Below are positions 15,101-31,000 of a DNA stretch of 64,000 nucleotides, piece by piece. The stretch comes from the human T2T-CHM13v2.0 reference genome, Homo sapiens. Both the position numbers and the translations under genes were made by a program. The notes under the pieces are model-generated. The model did no database searches and was not told the origin of the DNA. It saw only the letters and a list, made by a program, of their open reading frames with translations. Within the stretch, counting starts at the first letter, position 1, and the number at the start of each line of letters is the position of its first letter. Where the stretch lies: NCBI RefSeq assembly GCF_009914755.1, contig NC_060925.1. One strand, 5' to 3'.

Positions 15101-18100
15101 AATTATGGAATGAAATCCAATGTGATCATCATCGAATGGACTCGAACGGAATCATCATCCAATGGAAACTAATGGAATCAACATCGAATGGAATCGAATG
15201 GAAACACCATCGAATTGAAACGAATGGAATTATCATGAAATTGAAATGGATGGACTCATCATCGAATGGATTCGAAAGGAATCATCGAATGAAATTGATT
15301 GAAATCATCATCAAATGGAATCGAATGGAATCATTGAATGGAATCGAATGGAATCATCATCAGATGGAAATGAATGGAATCATCATAGAATGGAATCGAA
15401 TGGATTCATTGAATGGAATCAGATGGAATCATCGAATGGACTTGAATGGAATCATTGAATGGACTCAAATGGAATCATTATTGAATGGAATAGAATGGAA
15501 TCATCGAATGGTCTCGAATGGAATCATTATCAAATGGAATCTAATGGAATCAAGGAATAGAATCGAATGGAACTATCATCAAATAGACTCAAATGGAATT
15601 ATCCTCAAATGGAATCGAATGGAATTATCGAATGCAATCGAATGGAATTATCGAATGCAATCGAATAGAATCATCGAATGGACTCGAATGGAATCATCGA
15701 ATGGAATGGAATGGAATAGTCAATGAACTCGAATGGAATCCTCATTGAATGGAATCGAATGGAATCATCGAGTGGAATGGAATGGAATCATGATCAAATG
15801 GAATCGAATGTAATCATCATCAAATGGAATCAAAAGTAACCATCATCAAATGGTATTGAATGGAATTGTCATCAAATGTAATTCAAAGGAATCATCATCA
15901 AATGGAACCGAATGGAATCCTCATTGAATGGAAATGAAAGGAGTCATCATTTAATGGAATCGCATGGAATCATCATCAAATGGAATCGAATAGAATCATT
16001 GAACGGAATTGAATGGAATCGTCATCGAATGAATTGAATGCAATCATCGAATGGTCTCGAATGGAATCATCTTCAAATGGAAAGGAATGGAATCATCGCA
16101 TAGAATCGAATGGAATTATCGTGGAATGGACTCGAATGGAATCAACATCAAACAGAATCAAACGGAATTATCGAATGGAATCAAAGAGAATCATCGAATA
16201 GCCACGAACGGAATCATCTAATGGAATGGAATGGAATAATCCGTGGACCCGAATGCAATCATCTTCGAATAGAATCAAATGGAATCATCGAATGGACTCG
16301 AATGGAATAATCGTTGAACAGAATCGAAAGGAATCATCGTCAAATGAAATTAATGGAATCATCATCGAATGGAAATGAAAGGAGTCATCACCTAATGGAA
16401 CCGCATGGAATCATCATCAAATGGAATCGAATGGAATCATCATCGAATGGAATCTAATGGAATCATTGAACGGAATTGAATGTTATCGTCATCGAATGAA
16501 TTGAATGCAATCATCGAATGGTCTCGAATGGAATCAACTTCAAATGGAAAGGAATGGAGTCATCGCATAGAATCGAATGATATTATCATGGAATGGACTC
16601 GAAGGGAATCAACATCAAACAGAATCAAACGGAATTATCGAATGGAATCGAAGGGATCATCGAATGGCCACGATTGGAATCATCTAATGGAATGGAATGG
16701 AATAATCCATGGACACGAATGCAATCATAATCGAATAGAATCGAAAGGAATCATTGAATGGACTCGAATGGAATAATCATTGAACGGAATCGAATGGAAT
16801 CCTCGTCGAATGGAAACGAATGGAATCATCATCGAATGGAAATGAAAGGGGTCATCATCTAATGGAATCGCATGGAATCATCATCAAATGGAATCGAATG
16901 GAATCATCATCGAATGGAACCTAATGGAATCATTGAACGGAATTGAATGGAATCGTGATCCAATGAATTGAATGCAATCATCGTATGGTCTCGAATGGAA
17001 TCATCTTCAAATGGAATGGAATGGAATCATCGCAAAGAATCGAATGGAATTATCATCGAATGGACTCGAATGGAATCAACATCAAAAGGAATCAAACTGA
17101 ATTATCGAACGGAATCGCAGAGAAACATCGAATGGACTCGAATGGAATCATCTAATGGAATGGAATGGAATAACCCATGGACTCGAATGCAATCATCATC
17201 GAATGGAATCGAATGGAATCATCGAATTGACTCGAATGGAATAATCATTGAACGAAATCGAATGGAATCATCATCGGAAGGATACGAATGGAATCATCAT
17301 CCAATGGAATCGAATGGAATCATCAAATGGAATCAGATGGAATCATCATCAAATGGAATCGAATAGAATTATGGAATGAAATCCAATGTGATCATCGTCG
17401 AATGGACTCGAATGGAATCATCATCCAATGAAAACTAATGGAATCAACATCGAATGGAATCGAATGGAAACACCATCGAATAGAAACGAAACGAATTATC
17501 ATGAAATTGAAATGGATGGACTCATCATCGAAAGTATTCGTATGGAATCATCGAATGAAATTGATTGAAATCATCATCAAATGGAATCGAATGGAATCAT
17601 TGAATGGAATCGAATGGAATCATCGAATGGAATGGAATAGTCAGTGTACTCGAATGGAATCATCATTGAATTGAATCGAATGGAATCATGATCAAATGGA
17701 ATCGAATGTAATCATCATCAAATGGAATCAAATATAACCATCATCAATTGGTATTGAATGGAATTGTCATCAAATGGAATTCAAAGGAATCATCATCAAA
17801 TGTAATTCGAAGGAATCATCACCAAATGGAACCGAATTCAATCCTCATTGAATGGAAATGAAAGGAGTCATCACCTAATGGAATCGCATGGCATCATCAT
17901 CCAATGGAATCGAATGGAATCACCATCAAATGGAATCTAATGGAATCATTGAACAGAATTGAAAGGAATCATCATCGAATGAATTGAATGCAATCATCGA
18001 ATTGTCTCGAATGGAATCATCTTCAAATGGAAAGGAATGGAATCATCGCATAGAATCGAATGGAATTATTGAATGGACTCGAATGGAATCAACGTCAAAC

Positions 18101-20020
18101 GGAATCAAACGGAATTATCGAATGGAATCCAGGAGAATCATCGAATGGACACGAATGGAATCATCTAATGGAATGGAATGGAATAATCCATGAACTCGAA
18201 TTCAATCACCATTGAATAGAATCGAATGGAATCATCGAATGGACTCGAATGGAACACTCATTGAAGAGAATCGAATGGAATCATCATCGGATGGAAACGA
18301 CTGGAATCATCATGGAATGGAAATGAAAGGAGTCATCATCTAATGGAATCGCATGGAATCATCATCAAATGAAATCGAATGGAATCACCATCAAATGGAA
18401 TCTAATGGAATCACTGAGCTTAATTGAATGGAATCATCATCGAATGAATTGCATGCAATCATCGAATGGTCTCGAAAGGAATCATCTTCAAATGGAAAGG
18501 AATGGAATCATCGCATAGAATCGAATGGAATTATCATTGAATGGACTCGAATGGAATCAACATCAAACGGAAACAAACGGAGTTATCGAATGGAATCGAA
18601 GAGAATCATCGAATCGACTCGAATGGAATCGTCTAATGGAATGGAATGGAATAATCCATGGACTCGAATGCAATCACCATCGAATAGAATCGAATGGAGT
18701 CATCGAATGGAGTCGAATGGAATAATAATTGAACGGAATCGAATGGAATCATCATCGGATGCAAACGAATGGAATCATCATGGAATGGAAATGAAAGGAG
18801 TCATCATTTAATGGAATTGCAAGGAATCATCATCAAATGGAATCGAATGGAATCATCATCAAATGGAATCTAATGGAATCAATGAACAGATTTGAATGGA
18901 ATCGTGATCGAATGAATTGAATGGAATCATCATATGGTCTCGAATGGAATCATCTTCAAATGGAATGGAATGGAATCATCGCAAAAAATCGAATGGAATT
19001 ATCATCGAATGGACTCGAATGGAATCAACATCAAAAGGATTCAAACGTAATTATTGAATGGAACCACACAGAAACATCGAATGGACTCGAATGGAATCAC
19101 CTAATGGAATGGAATGGAATAATCCATGGACTCGAATGCAATCATCATCGAATGGAATCGAATGGAATCATCGAATGGACTCGAATGGAATAATCATTGA
19201 AAAAATTCGAATGGAATCATCATCGAATGGAATCGAACGGAATCATCAAATGGAATCAGATGGAATAATCATCAAATGGGATCGAATAGAATTATGGAAT
19301 GAAATCCAATGTGATCATCGTTGAATGGACTCGAATGGAATCATCATCCAATGGAAACTAATGGAATCAACATCGAATGGAATCGAATGGAAACACCATC
19401 GAATTGAAACGAATAGAATTATCATGAAATTGAAATGGATGGACTCATCATCGAATGGATTCGAATGGAATCATCGAATGAAATTGATTGAAATCATCAT
19501 CAAATGGAATCGAATGGAATCATTGAATAGAATCGAATGGAATCATCATCAGATGGAAATGAATGGAATCATCTTAGAATGGAATTGAATGGATTCATTG
19601 AATTGAATCAGATGGAATCATCGAATGGACTTGAATGGAGTCATTGAATGGACTCGAATGGAATCATTATTGAATGGAATTGAATGGAATCATCGAATGG
19701 TCTCGAATGGGATCATTATCAAATGGAATCGAATGGAATCACCGAATAGAATCGAATGGAACAATCATCGAATGGACTCAAATGGAATTATCCTCAAATG
19801 GAATCGAATGGAATTATCGAATGCAATCGAATGGAATAATCGAATGCAATCGAATAGAATCATTGAATGGACTCGAATGGAATCATCGAATGGAATGGAA
19901 TGTAATAGTCAATGAACTCTAATGGAATCATCATTGAATGGAATCGAATGGAATCATCGTGTGGAATCCAATGGAATCATGATCAAATGGAATCGAATGT
20001 AATCATCATGAAATGGAATC
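3121..20020 (+). repeat. Domain 1: moderately diverged, irregular patchwork of ~1.36-2.34 kb HSat2 units
   Basis: Landmark at 4481, 6436, 8239, 10102, 12133, 13490, 15832, 17730 and 20021 (spacings 1955, 1803, 1863, 2031, 1357, 2342, 1898, 2291). Partial units and copy-specific substitutions are frequent. Confidence 0.75.
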
Positions 20021-23000
20021 AAAAATAACCATCATCAATTGGTATTGAATGGAATTGTCATCAAATGGAATTCAACGGAATCATCATCAAATGGAACCGA
20101 ATGGAATCCTCATTGAATGGAAATGAAAGGAGTCATCATCTAATGGAATCGCATGGAATCATCATCAAATGGAACCGAATGGAATCCTCATTGAATGGAA
20201 ATGAAAGGAGTCAACATCTAATGGAATTGCATGGAATCAATATCAAATGGAATCGAATGGAATCATCATCAAATGGAATCTAATGGAATCATTGAACGGA
20301 ATTGAATGGAATCGTCATCGAATGAATTGAATGCAATTAACGAATGGTCTCGAATGGAACCATCTCCAAATGGAATGGAATGGAGTCATGGCATAGAAAC
20401 GAATGGAATTATCATCGAATGGACTCGAATGGAATCAACATCAAACGTAATCAAACGGATTTATTGAATGGAATCGAAGACAATCATCGAATGGACTCGA
20501 ATGGAATCATCTAATGGAATGGAATGGATGAATCCATGGTCTCGAATGCAATCATCATCGAATGGAATCGAATGGAATCATCGAATGGACTCGAATGGAA
20601 TAATCATTGAACGGAATCGAATGGAATCATCATCGGATGGAAACGAATGGAATCATCATCGAATGGAATCGAATGGGATCATCAAATGGAATCAGATGGA
20701 ATCATCATCAAATGGAATCGAATAGAATTATGGAATTAAATCCAATGTGATCATCATTGAATGGACTCGAATGGAATCATCATCCAATGGAAACTAATGG
20801 AATCAACATCGAATGGAATCGAATGGAAACACCATCGAATTGAAACGAATGGAATTATCATGAAATTGAAATGGATGGACTCATCATCGAATGGATTCGA
20901 ATGGAATCATCGAATGAAATTGATTGAAATCATCATCAAATGGAATCGAAAGGAATCATTGAATGGAATCGAATGGAATCATCATCAGATGGAAATGAAT
21001 GGAATCACCATAGAATGGAATCGAATGGTTTCATTGAATGTAATCAGATGGGATCAACGAATGGACTTGAATGGAATCATTGAATGGACTCGAAGGGAAT
21101 CATTATAAAATGGAATTGAATGGAATCATCGAATGGTCTCGAATGGAATCATTATCAAATAGAATCGAATGGAACAATCATCGAACGGACTCAAATGGAA
21201 TTATCCTCAAATGGAATCGAATGGAATTATCGAATGCAATCGAATGGAATTATCGAATGCAATCGAATAGAATCATCGAACGGACTCGAAAGGAATCATC
21301 GAATGGAATTGAATGGAATAGTCAATGAACTCGAATGGAATCATCATTGAATGGAATCGAATGGAATCATCGAGTGGAATCGAATGGAATCATGATCAAA
21401 TGGAATCGAATGTAATCATCATCAAATGGAATCAAAAATAACCATCATCAATTGGTATTGAATGGAATTGACATCAAATGGAATTCAAAGGAATCATCAT
21501 CAAATTGAAGCGAATGGAATCCTCATTGAATGGAAATGAAAGTAGTCATCATCTAATGGAATCGCATGGAATCATCATCAAATGGAATCGAATGGAATTA
21601 TCATCAAATGGAATCTAATGGAATCATTGAACAGAATTGAATGGAATCGTCATCGAATGAATTGAATGCAATCATCGAATGGTCTCGTACGGAGTCATCT
21701 TCAAATGGAATGGAATGGAATCATCGCATATAATAAAATGGAAATATCATTGAATGCACTCGAATGGAATCAGCATCAAACGGAATCAAACGGAAACATC
21801 AAATGGTATCGAAGAGAATCATCGAATGGACTCGAATGGAATCATATAATGGAATGGAATGGAATACTCCATGGACTCGAATGCAATCATCATTGAATAG
21901 AATCGAATGTAATCATCGAATGGACTCCAATGGAATAATCATTGTACGGAATCGAAAGGAATCATCATCGGATGGAAACGAATGGAATCATCATCGAATG
22001 GAATCGAATGGAATCATCGAATGGACTCGAATAGAATAATCATTGAACGGAATCGAACGGAATCATCATCGGATGGAAACGAATGGAATCACCATCGAAT
22101 GGAATCGGATGGAATCATGAAATGGAATCAGATGGAATCATCATCAAATGGAATCGAATAGAATTATGGAATGAAATCCATTGTGATCATCATCGAATGG
22201 ACTCGAATGGAGTCATCATCCAATGGAAATTAATGGAATCAACATCGAATGGAATCGAAAGGAAACATCATCGAATTGAAGCGAATGGAATTATCATGAA
22301 ATTGAAATGGATGGACTCATCATCGAATGGATTCGAATGGAATCATCGAATGAAATTGATTGAAATAATCATCAAATGGAATCGAATGGAATCATTGAAT
22401 GGAATCGAATGGAATCATCATAAGATGGAAATGAATGGAATCATCATAGAATGGAATCGAATGAATTCATTGAATGGAATCAGATGGAATCATCAAATGG
22501 ACTTGAATGGAATCATTGTATGGACTCGAATGGAATCATTATTGAATGTAATTGAATGGAATAATCGAATGGTCTCGAATGGAATCATTATCAAATGAAG
22601 TCGAATGGAATCACCGAATAGAATCGAATGGAACAATCATCGAACGGACCAAAATGGAATTATCCTCAATTGGAATCGAATGGAATTATCAAATGCAATC
22701 GAATGGAATTATCGAATGCAATCGAATAGAATCATCGAATGGACTCGAAAGGAATCATCGAATGGAATGGAATGGAATAGTCAATGAACTCGAATGGAAT
22801 CATCATTCAATGGAATCGAATGGAATCATCGAGTGGAATCGAATGGAATCATGATCAAATGGAATCGAATGTAATCATCATCAAATGGAATCAAAAATTA
22901 CCATCATCAATTCGTATTGAATGGAATTGACTTCAAATGGAATTGAAAGGAATCATCATCAAATTGAAGCGAATGGAATCCTCACTGAATGGAAATGAAA

Positions 23001-26000
23001 GTAGTCATCATCTAATGGAATCGCATGGAAGCATCATGAAATGGAATCGAATGAAATTATCTTCAAATGGAATCTAATGGAATCATTGAACGGAATTGAA
23101 AGGAATCGTCATCGAATGAATTGAATGCAATCATCGAATGGTCTCGAATGGAATCATCTTCCAATGGAATGGAATGGAATCATCGCATAGAATCGAATGG
23201 AACTATCATCGAATGGACTCGAATGGAATCAACATCAAACGGAATCAAACGGAATTATCGAATGGAATCAAAGAGAATCATAAATGGACTCGAATGGAAT
23301 CATCTAATGGAATGGAATGGAATAATCCATGGACTCGAATGCAATCATCATTGAATAGAATCGAATGGAATCATCGAATGGACTCGAATGGAATAATCAT
23401 TGAACGGAATCGAATGGAATCATCATCGGATAGAAACGAATGGAATCATCATCGAATGGAAATGAAAGGAGTCATCATCTAATGGAATCGCCTTGAATCA
23501 TCACGAAATGGAATCGAATGGAATCATCGTCACATGGAATATAATGGAATCGTTGAACAGAATTGAATGGAATCGTCATCGAATGAATTGAATGCAATCA
23601 TCGAATGGTCTCGTACGGAGTCATCTTCAAATGGAATGGAATGGAATCATCGCATAGAATCAAATGGAATTATCATTGAATGCACTCGAATGGAATCAGC
23701 ATGAAACGGAATCAAACAGAAATATCAAATGGAATCGAAGAGAATCATCGAATGGACTCGAATGGAATCATATAATGGAATGGAATGGAATACTCGATGG
23801 ACTCAAATGCAATCATCATCGAATAGAATCGAGTGGAATCATCGAATGGACTAGAATGGAATAATCATTGAAGGGAATGGAATGGAATCATCATCGGATG
23901 GAAACGAATGGAATCATCATCGAATGGAATCGAATGGAATCATCGAATGGACTCGAATGGAATAATCATTGAATGGAATCGAATGGAATCATCATCGGAT
24001 GGAAACGAATGGAATCATCATCGAATGTAATCGAATGGAATCATCAAATGGAATCAGATGGAATCATCATCAAATGGAATCGAATAGAATTATGGAATGA
24101 AATCCAATGTGATCATCATCGAATGGAGTCGAATGGAATAATCATCCAATGGAAATTAATGGAATCAACATCGAATGGAATCGAATGGAAACTCCATCGA
24201 ATTGAAACGAATGGAATTATGAAATTGAAATGGATGGACTCATCATCGAATGGATTCGAATGGCATCATCGAATGAAATTGATTGAAATCATCATCAAAT
24301 GGAATCGAATGGAATCATTGAATGGAATCGAATGGTATCATCATCAGATGGAAATGAATGGAATCATCATAGAATAGAATCAAATGAATGCATTGAATCG
24401 AATCAGATGGAATCATCCAATGGACTTGAATGGAAGCATTGAATGTACTCGAATGGAATCATTATTGAATGGAATTGAATGGAATCATCGAATGGTCTCG
24501 AATGGAATCATTATCAAATGAAGTCGAATGGAATCACCGAATAGAATCGAATGGAACAATCATCGAATGGACTCAAATGGAATTATCCTCAGACGGAATC
24601 GAATGGAACTATCGAATGCAATCGAATGGAATTATCGAATGCAATCGAATAGAATCATCGAATGGATTCGAAGGGAATCATCGAATGGAATGGAATGGAA
24701 TAGTCAATGAACTCGAATGGAATCATCATTGAATGGAATCGAATGGAATCATTGAGTTGAATCGAATGGAATCATGATCAAATGTAATCGAATGTAATCA
24801 TCATCAAATGGAATCAAAAGTAACCATCATCAATTGTTATCGAATGCAATTGTCATCAAATGGAATTCATAGGAATCATCACCAATTGGAACCGAATGGA
24901 ATCCTCATTGAATGGAAATGAAAGGAGTCATCATCTAATGGAATCGCATGGAATCATCATCAAATGGAATCGAATGGAATCATCATCAAATGGAATCTAA
25001 TGGAATCATTGAACGGAATTGAATGGAATGGTCATCGAATGAGTTGAATGCAATCATCGAATGGTCTCGAATGGAAACATCTTCCAATGGAATGGAATGG
25101 AATCATCGCATAGAATCGAATGGAATTATCATCGAATGGACTCGAATGGATTCAACATCAATCGTAATCAAACGGATTTATCGAATGGAATTGAAGAGAA
25201 TCATCGAATCGACTCCAAAGCTATTACCTAATGGAATGGAATGGAATAATCCATTTACTCGAATGCAATCAACATCGAATGGAATCGAATGAAATCATCG
25301 AATGGACTCGAATGGAATAATCATTGAACGGAATCGAATGGAATCATCGGATGTAAACGAATGGAATCATCATCGAATGGAATCGAGTGGAATCATCAAA
25401 AGGAATCAGTTGGAATCATCATCAAATGGAATCGAATAGAATTATGGAATGAAATCCAATGTGATCATCATCGAATGGACTCGAATGGAATCATCATCCA
25501 ATGGAAACTAATGGAATCAACATCGAATGGAATCGAATGGAAACACCATCGAATTGAAACGAATGGAATTATCATGGAATTGAAATGGATGGACTCATCA
25601 TCGAATGGATTCGAATGGAATCATCGAATGAAATTGATTGAAATCATCATCAAATGGAATCAAATGGAATCATTGAATGGAATCGAATGGAATCGTCAAC
25701 AGATGGAAATGAATGGAATCATCATAGAATGGAATCGAATGGATTCATTGAATGTAATCAGATGGGATCATCGAATGGACTTGAATGGAATCATTGAAAG
25801 GATTCGAATGGAATCATTATTAAATGGAATTGAATGGAATCATCGAATGGTCTCGAATGGAATCATTATGAAATAGAATCGAATGGAACAATCATCGAAC
25901 GGACTCAAATGGAATTATCCTCAATTGGAATCGAATGGAATTATCGAATGCAATCGAATGGAATTATCGAATGCAATCGAATAGAATCATCGAATGGACT

Positions 26001-28072
26001 CGAAAGGAATCATTGAATGGAATTGAATGGAATAGTCAAAGAACTCGAATGGAATCATCATTCAATGGAATCGAATGGAATCATCGAGTGGAATCGAATG
26101 GAATCATGATCAAATGGAATCGAATGTAATCATCATCAAATGGAATCAAAAATAACCATCATCAATTGGTATTGAATGGAATTGACATCAAATGGAATTC
26201 AAAGGAATCATCATCAAATTGAAACGAATGGAATCATCATCGAATGGAAATGAAAGGAGTCATCATCTAATGGAATCGCATGGAATCATCATGAAATGGA
26301 ATCGAATGGAATCATCATCAAATGGAATATAATGGAATCATTGAACAGAATTGAATGGAATCGTCATCGAATTAATTGAATGCAATCATCGAATGGTCTC
26401 GAATGGAGTCATCTTCAAATGGAATGGAATGGAATCATCGCATAGAATCGAATGGAACTATCATCAAATGGACTCGAATGGAATCAACATCAAACGGAAT
26501 CAAACTGAATTATCGAATGGAATCAAAGAGAATCATAAATGGACTCGAATGGAATCATCTAATGGAATGGAATGGAAGAATCCATGGACTCGAATGCAAT
26601 CATCATCGAATAAAATCGAATGGAATCATCGAATGTACTCGAATGGAATAATCATTCTACGGAATCGAAAGGAATCATCATCGGATGGAAACGAATGGAA
26701 TCATCATCGTACGGAATCGAATGGAATCATCGAATGGACTCGAATGGAATAATCATTGAACGGAATCGAATGGAATCATCATCGGATGGAAACGAATGGA
26801 ATCACCATCGAATGGAATCGGATGGAATCATGAAATGGAATCAGATGGAATCATCATCAAATGGAATCGAATAGAATGGTGGAATGAAATCCATTGTGAT
26901 CATCATCAAATGGACTCGAATGGAATCATCATCCAATGGAAATTAATGGAATCAACATCGAATGGAATCGAAAGGAAACATCATCGAATTGAAACGAATG
27001 GAATTATTATGAAATTGAAATGGATGGACTCATCATCGAATGGATTCGAATGGAATCATCGAATGAAATTGATTGAAATAATCATCAAATGGAATCGAAT
27101 GGAATCATTGAATGGAATCGAATGGAATCATCATCAGATGGAAATGAATGGAATCACCATAGAATGGAATCGAATGGTTTCATTGCATGTAATCAGATGG
27201 GATCAACGAATGGACTTGAATGGAATCATTGAATGGACTCGAATGGAATCATTACTGAATGGAATTGAATGGAATAATCGAATGGTCTCGAATGGAGTCA
27301 TTATTAAATGAAGTCGAATGGAATCACCGAATAGAATCGAATGGAACAATCATCGAACGGACCAAAATGGAATTATCCTCAATTGGAATCGAATGGAATT
27401 ATCAAATGCAATCGAATGGAATTATCGAATGGAATCAAAGAGAATCTTAAATGGACTCGAATGGAATCATCTAATGGAATGGAATGGAATAATCCATGGA
27501 CTCGAATGCAATCATCATCGAATAGAATCGAATGGAATCATCGAATGGACTCGAATAGAATAATCATTGAACGGAATCCAATGGAATCATCATCGGATGG
27601 AAATGAAAGGAGTCATCATCTAATGGAATCGCGTGGAATCATCATGAAATGGAATCGAATGGAATCATCGTCAAATGGAATATAATTGAATCATTGAACA
27701 GAATTGAATGGAATCGTCATCGAATGAATTGAATGCAATCATCGAATGGTCTCGAATGGATTCACCTTCAAATGGAATGGAATGGAATCATCGCATAGAA
27801 TCGAATGGAATTATCATTGAATGCACTCGAAAGGAATCAGCATCAAACGGAATCAAACGGAAATATCAAATGGAATCGAAGAGAATCATCGAATGGACTC
27901 GAATGGAATCATCTAATGGAATGGAATGGAATACTCCATGGACTAGAATGCAATCATCATCGAATAGAATCGAATGGAATCATCGAATGGACTCGAATGG
28001 AATAATCATTGAACGGAATCGAATGGAATCATGATCAAATGGAATCGAATGTAATCATCATCAAATGGAATC
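20021..28072 (+). repeat. Domain 2: HSat2 lineage with private variants
   Basis: Landmark at 20021, 21434, 22893, 24816, 26148 and 28073 (spacings 1413, 1459, 1923, 1332, 1925). Private markers: GGAATTGACATC (~21463, ~26178), TGCACTCGAA..GAATCAGCAT (~21755, ~23681, ~27822), CGAACGGACCAAAATGG (~22641, ~27354) and GTAATCAGATGGGATC (~21040, ~25754, ~27189). Confidence 0.7.
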
Positions 28073-31000
28073 AAAAATAACCATCATCAATTGGTATTGA
28101 ATGGAACTGTCATCAAATGGAATTCAAGGGAATCATCATCAAATGGAACCGAATGCAATCCTCATTGAATGGAAATGAAAGGAGTCATCATCTAATGGAA
28201 TCGCATGGAATCATCATGAAATGGAATCGAATGGAATCATCATCAAATGGAATCTAATGAAATCATTGAATGGAATTGAACGGAATCGTCATCGAATGAA
28301 TTGAATGCAATCATCGAATGGTCACGAATGGAATCATCTTCTAATGGAAAGGAATGGAATCATCGCATAGAATCGAATGGAATTATCATTGAATGGACTC
28401 GAATGGAATCAACATCAAGCGGAATCAAACGGAATTATCGAATGGAATCCTAGAGAATCTTTGAATGGCCACGAATGGAATCATCTAATGGAATGGAATG
28501 GAATAATCCATGGACCCGAATGCAATCATCATCGAATAGAATCGAATGGAATCATCGAATGGACTCGAATGGAATAATCATTGAACGGAATCGAATGAAA
28601 TCATCGTCAAATCGAAACGAATGGAATCATCATCGAATGGAAATGAAAGGAGTCATCATCTAATGGAATCGCATGGAATCATCATCAAATGGAATCGAAT
28701 GGAATCATCATCGAATGGAATCTAATGGAATCTTTGAACGGAATTGAATGGAATCGTCATCGAATGAATTGAATGCAATCATCGAATGGTCTCGAATGGA
28801 ATCATCTTCAAATGGAATGGAATGGAATCATCGCATACAGTCGAATGGAATTATCATTGAATGGACTCAAATGGAATCAACATCAAATGGAATCAAACGG
28901 AATTATCGAATGGAATCGAAGAGAATCATCGAATGGACTCGAATGGAATCATCTTATGAAATAGAATGGAATAATCAATGGACTCGAATGCAATCGTCAT
29001 CAAATGGAATCGAATGGAATCGTCGAATGGACTCGAATGGAATAAACATGGAATGGCATTAAATGGAATCATCATCGGATGGAAACGAATGGAATCATCA
29101 TCGAATGTAATTGAATGGAATCATCAAATGGAATCAGATGGAATCATCATCAAATGGAATCGAATAGAATTATGGAATGAAATCCAATGTGATCATAATC
29201 GAATGGACTCGAACGGAATCATCATCCAATGGAAATTAATGGAATCATCATCGATTGGAATCGAATGGAAACACCATCGAATTGAAACGAATGGAATTAT
29301 CATGACATTGAAATGGATGGACTCATCATCGAATGGATTCGAATGGAATCATCGAATGAAATTGATTGAAATCATCATCAAATGGAATCGAATGGAATCA
29401 TTGAATGCAATCGAATGGAATCATCACCAGATGGAAATGAATGGAATCATCATAGAATGGAATCGAATGGATTCATTGAATGGAATCAGATGGAATCATC
29501 GAATGGACTTGAATGGAATCATCTTCAAATGGAAAGGAATGGAATCATCACATAGAATCGAATGGAATTATCATTAAATGGACTCGAATGGAATCAACAT
29601 CAAACGGAATCAAACGGAATTATCGAATGGAATCGAGGAGAATCTTTGAATGGCCACGAATGGAATCATCTAATGGAATGGAATGGAATAATCCATGGAC
29701 CCGAATGCAATCATCATCGAATAGAATCGAATGGAATCATCGAATGGACTCGAATGGAATAATCATTGAACGGAATCGAATGGAATCATCGTCAAATGGA
29801 AACGAATGGAATCATCATCGAATGGAAATGAAAGGAGTCATCATCTAATGGAATCGCAAGGAATCATCATCAAATGGAATCGAATGGAATCATCATCGAA
29901 TGGAATCTAATGGAATCACTGAACGGAATTGAATGGAATCGTCATCGAATGAATTGAATGCAATCATGGAATGGACTCGAATGCAATCATCATCAAATGG
30001 AATCGAATGAAATCGTTGAATGGACTCGAATGGAATAAATATTGAACGGCATCGAATGGAATCATCATCGGACGGAAACGAATGGCATCATCATCAAATG
30101 GAATCGAATTTAATCATCAAATGGAATCAGATGGAATCATCATCAAATGGAATCGAATAGAATTATGGAATGAAATCCAATGTGATCATCATCGAATGCA
30201 CTCGCACGGAATCATCATCCAATGGAAACTAATGGAATCATCATCGAATGGAATCGAATGGAAACACCATCGAATTGAAACGAATGGAATTATCATGACA
30301 TTGAAATGGATGGACTCATCATCGAATGGATTCGAATGGAATCATCGAATGAAATTGATTGAAATCATCATCAAATGGAATCGAACGGAATCATTGAATG
30401 CAATCGAATGGAATCATCACCAGATGGAAATGAATGGAATCATCATAGAATGGAATCGAATGGATTCATTGAATGGAATCAGATGGAATCATCGAATGGA
30501 CTTGAATGGAATCATTGAATGGACACGAATGGAATCATTATTGAATGGAATTGAATGGAATCATCGAATGGTCTCGAATGGCATCATTATCAAATGGAAT
30601 CGAATGGAATCACCGAATAGAATCGAATGGAACAATCATCGAATGGACTCAAATGGAATTATCCTCAAATGGAATCGAATGGAATTATCGAATGCAATCG
30701 AATGGGATTATGGAATGCAATCGAATAGAATCATCGAATGAAATGGAATGGAATAGTCAATGAACACGAATGAAATCATCATTGACTGGAATCGAATGGA
30801 ATCATCGAGTGGAATCGAATGTAATCATGATCAAATGCAATCGAATGTAATCATCATTAAATGGAATCAAAAATAACCATCATCAATTGGTATTGAATGG
30901 AATTGTCATCAAATGGAATTCAAGGGAATCATCATCAAATGGAACCGAATGGAATCCTCATTGAATGGAAATGAAAGGAGTCATCATCTAATGGAATCGC

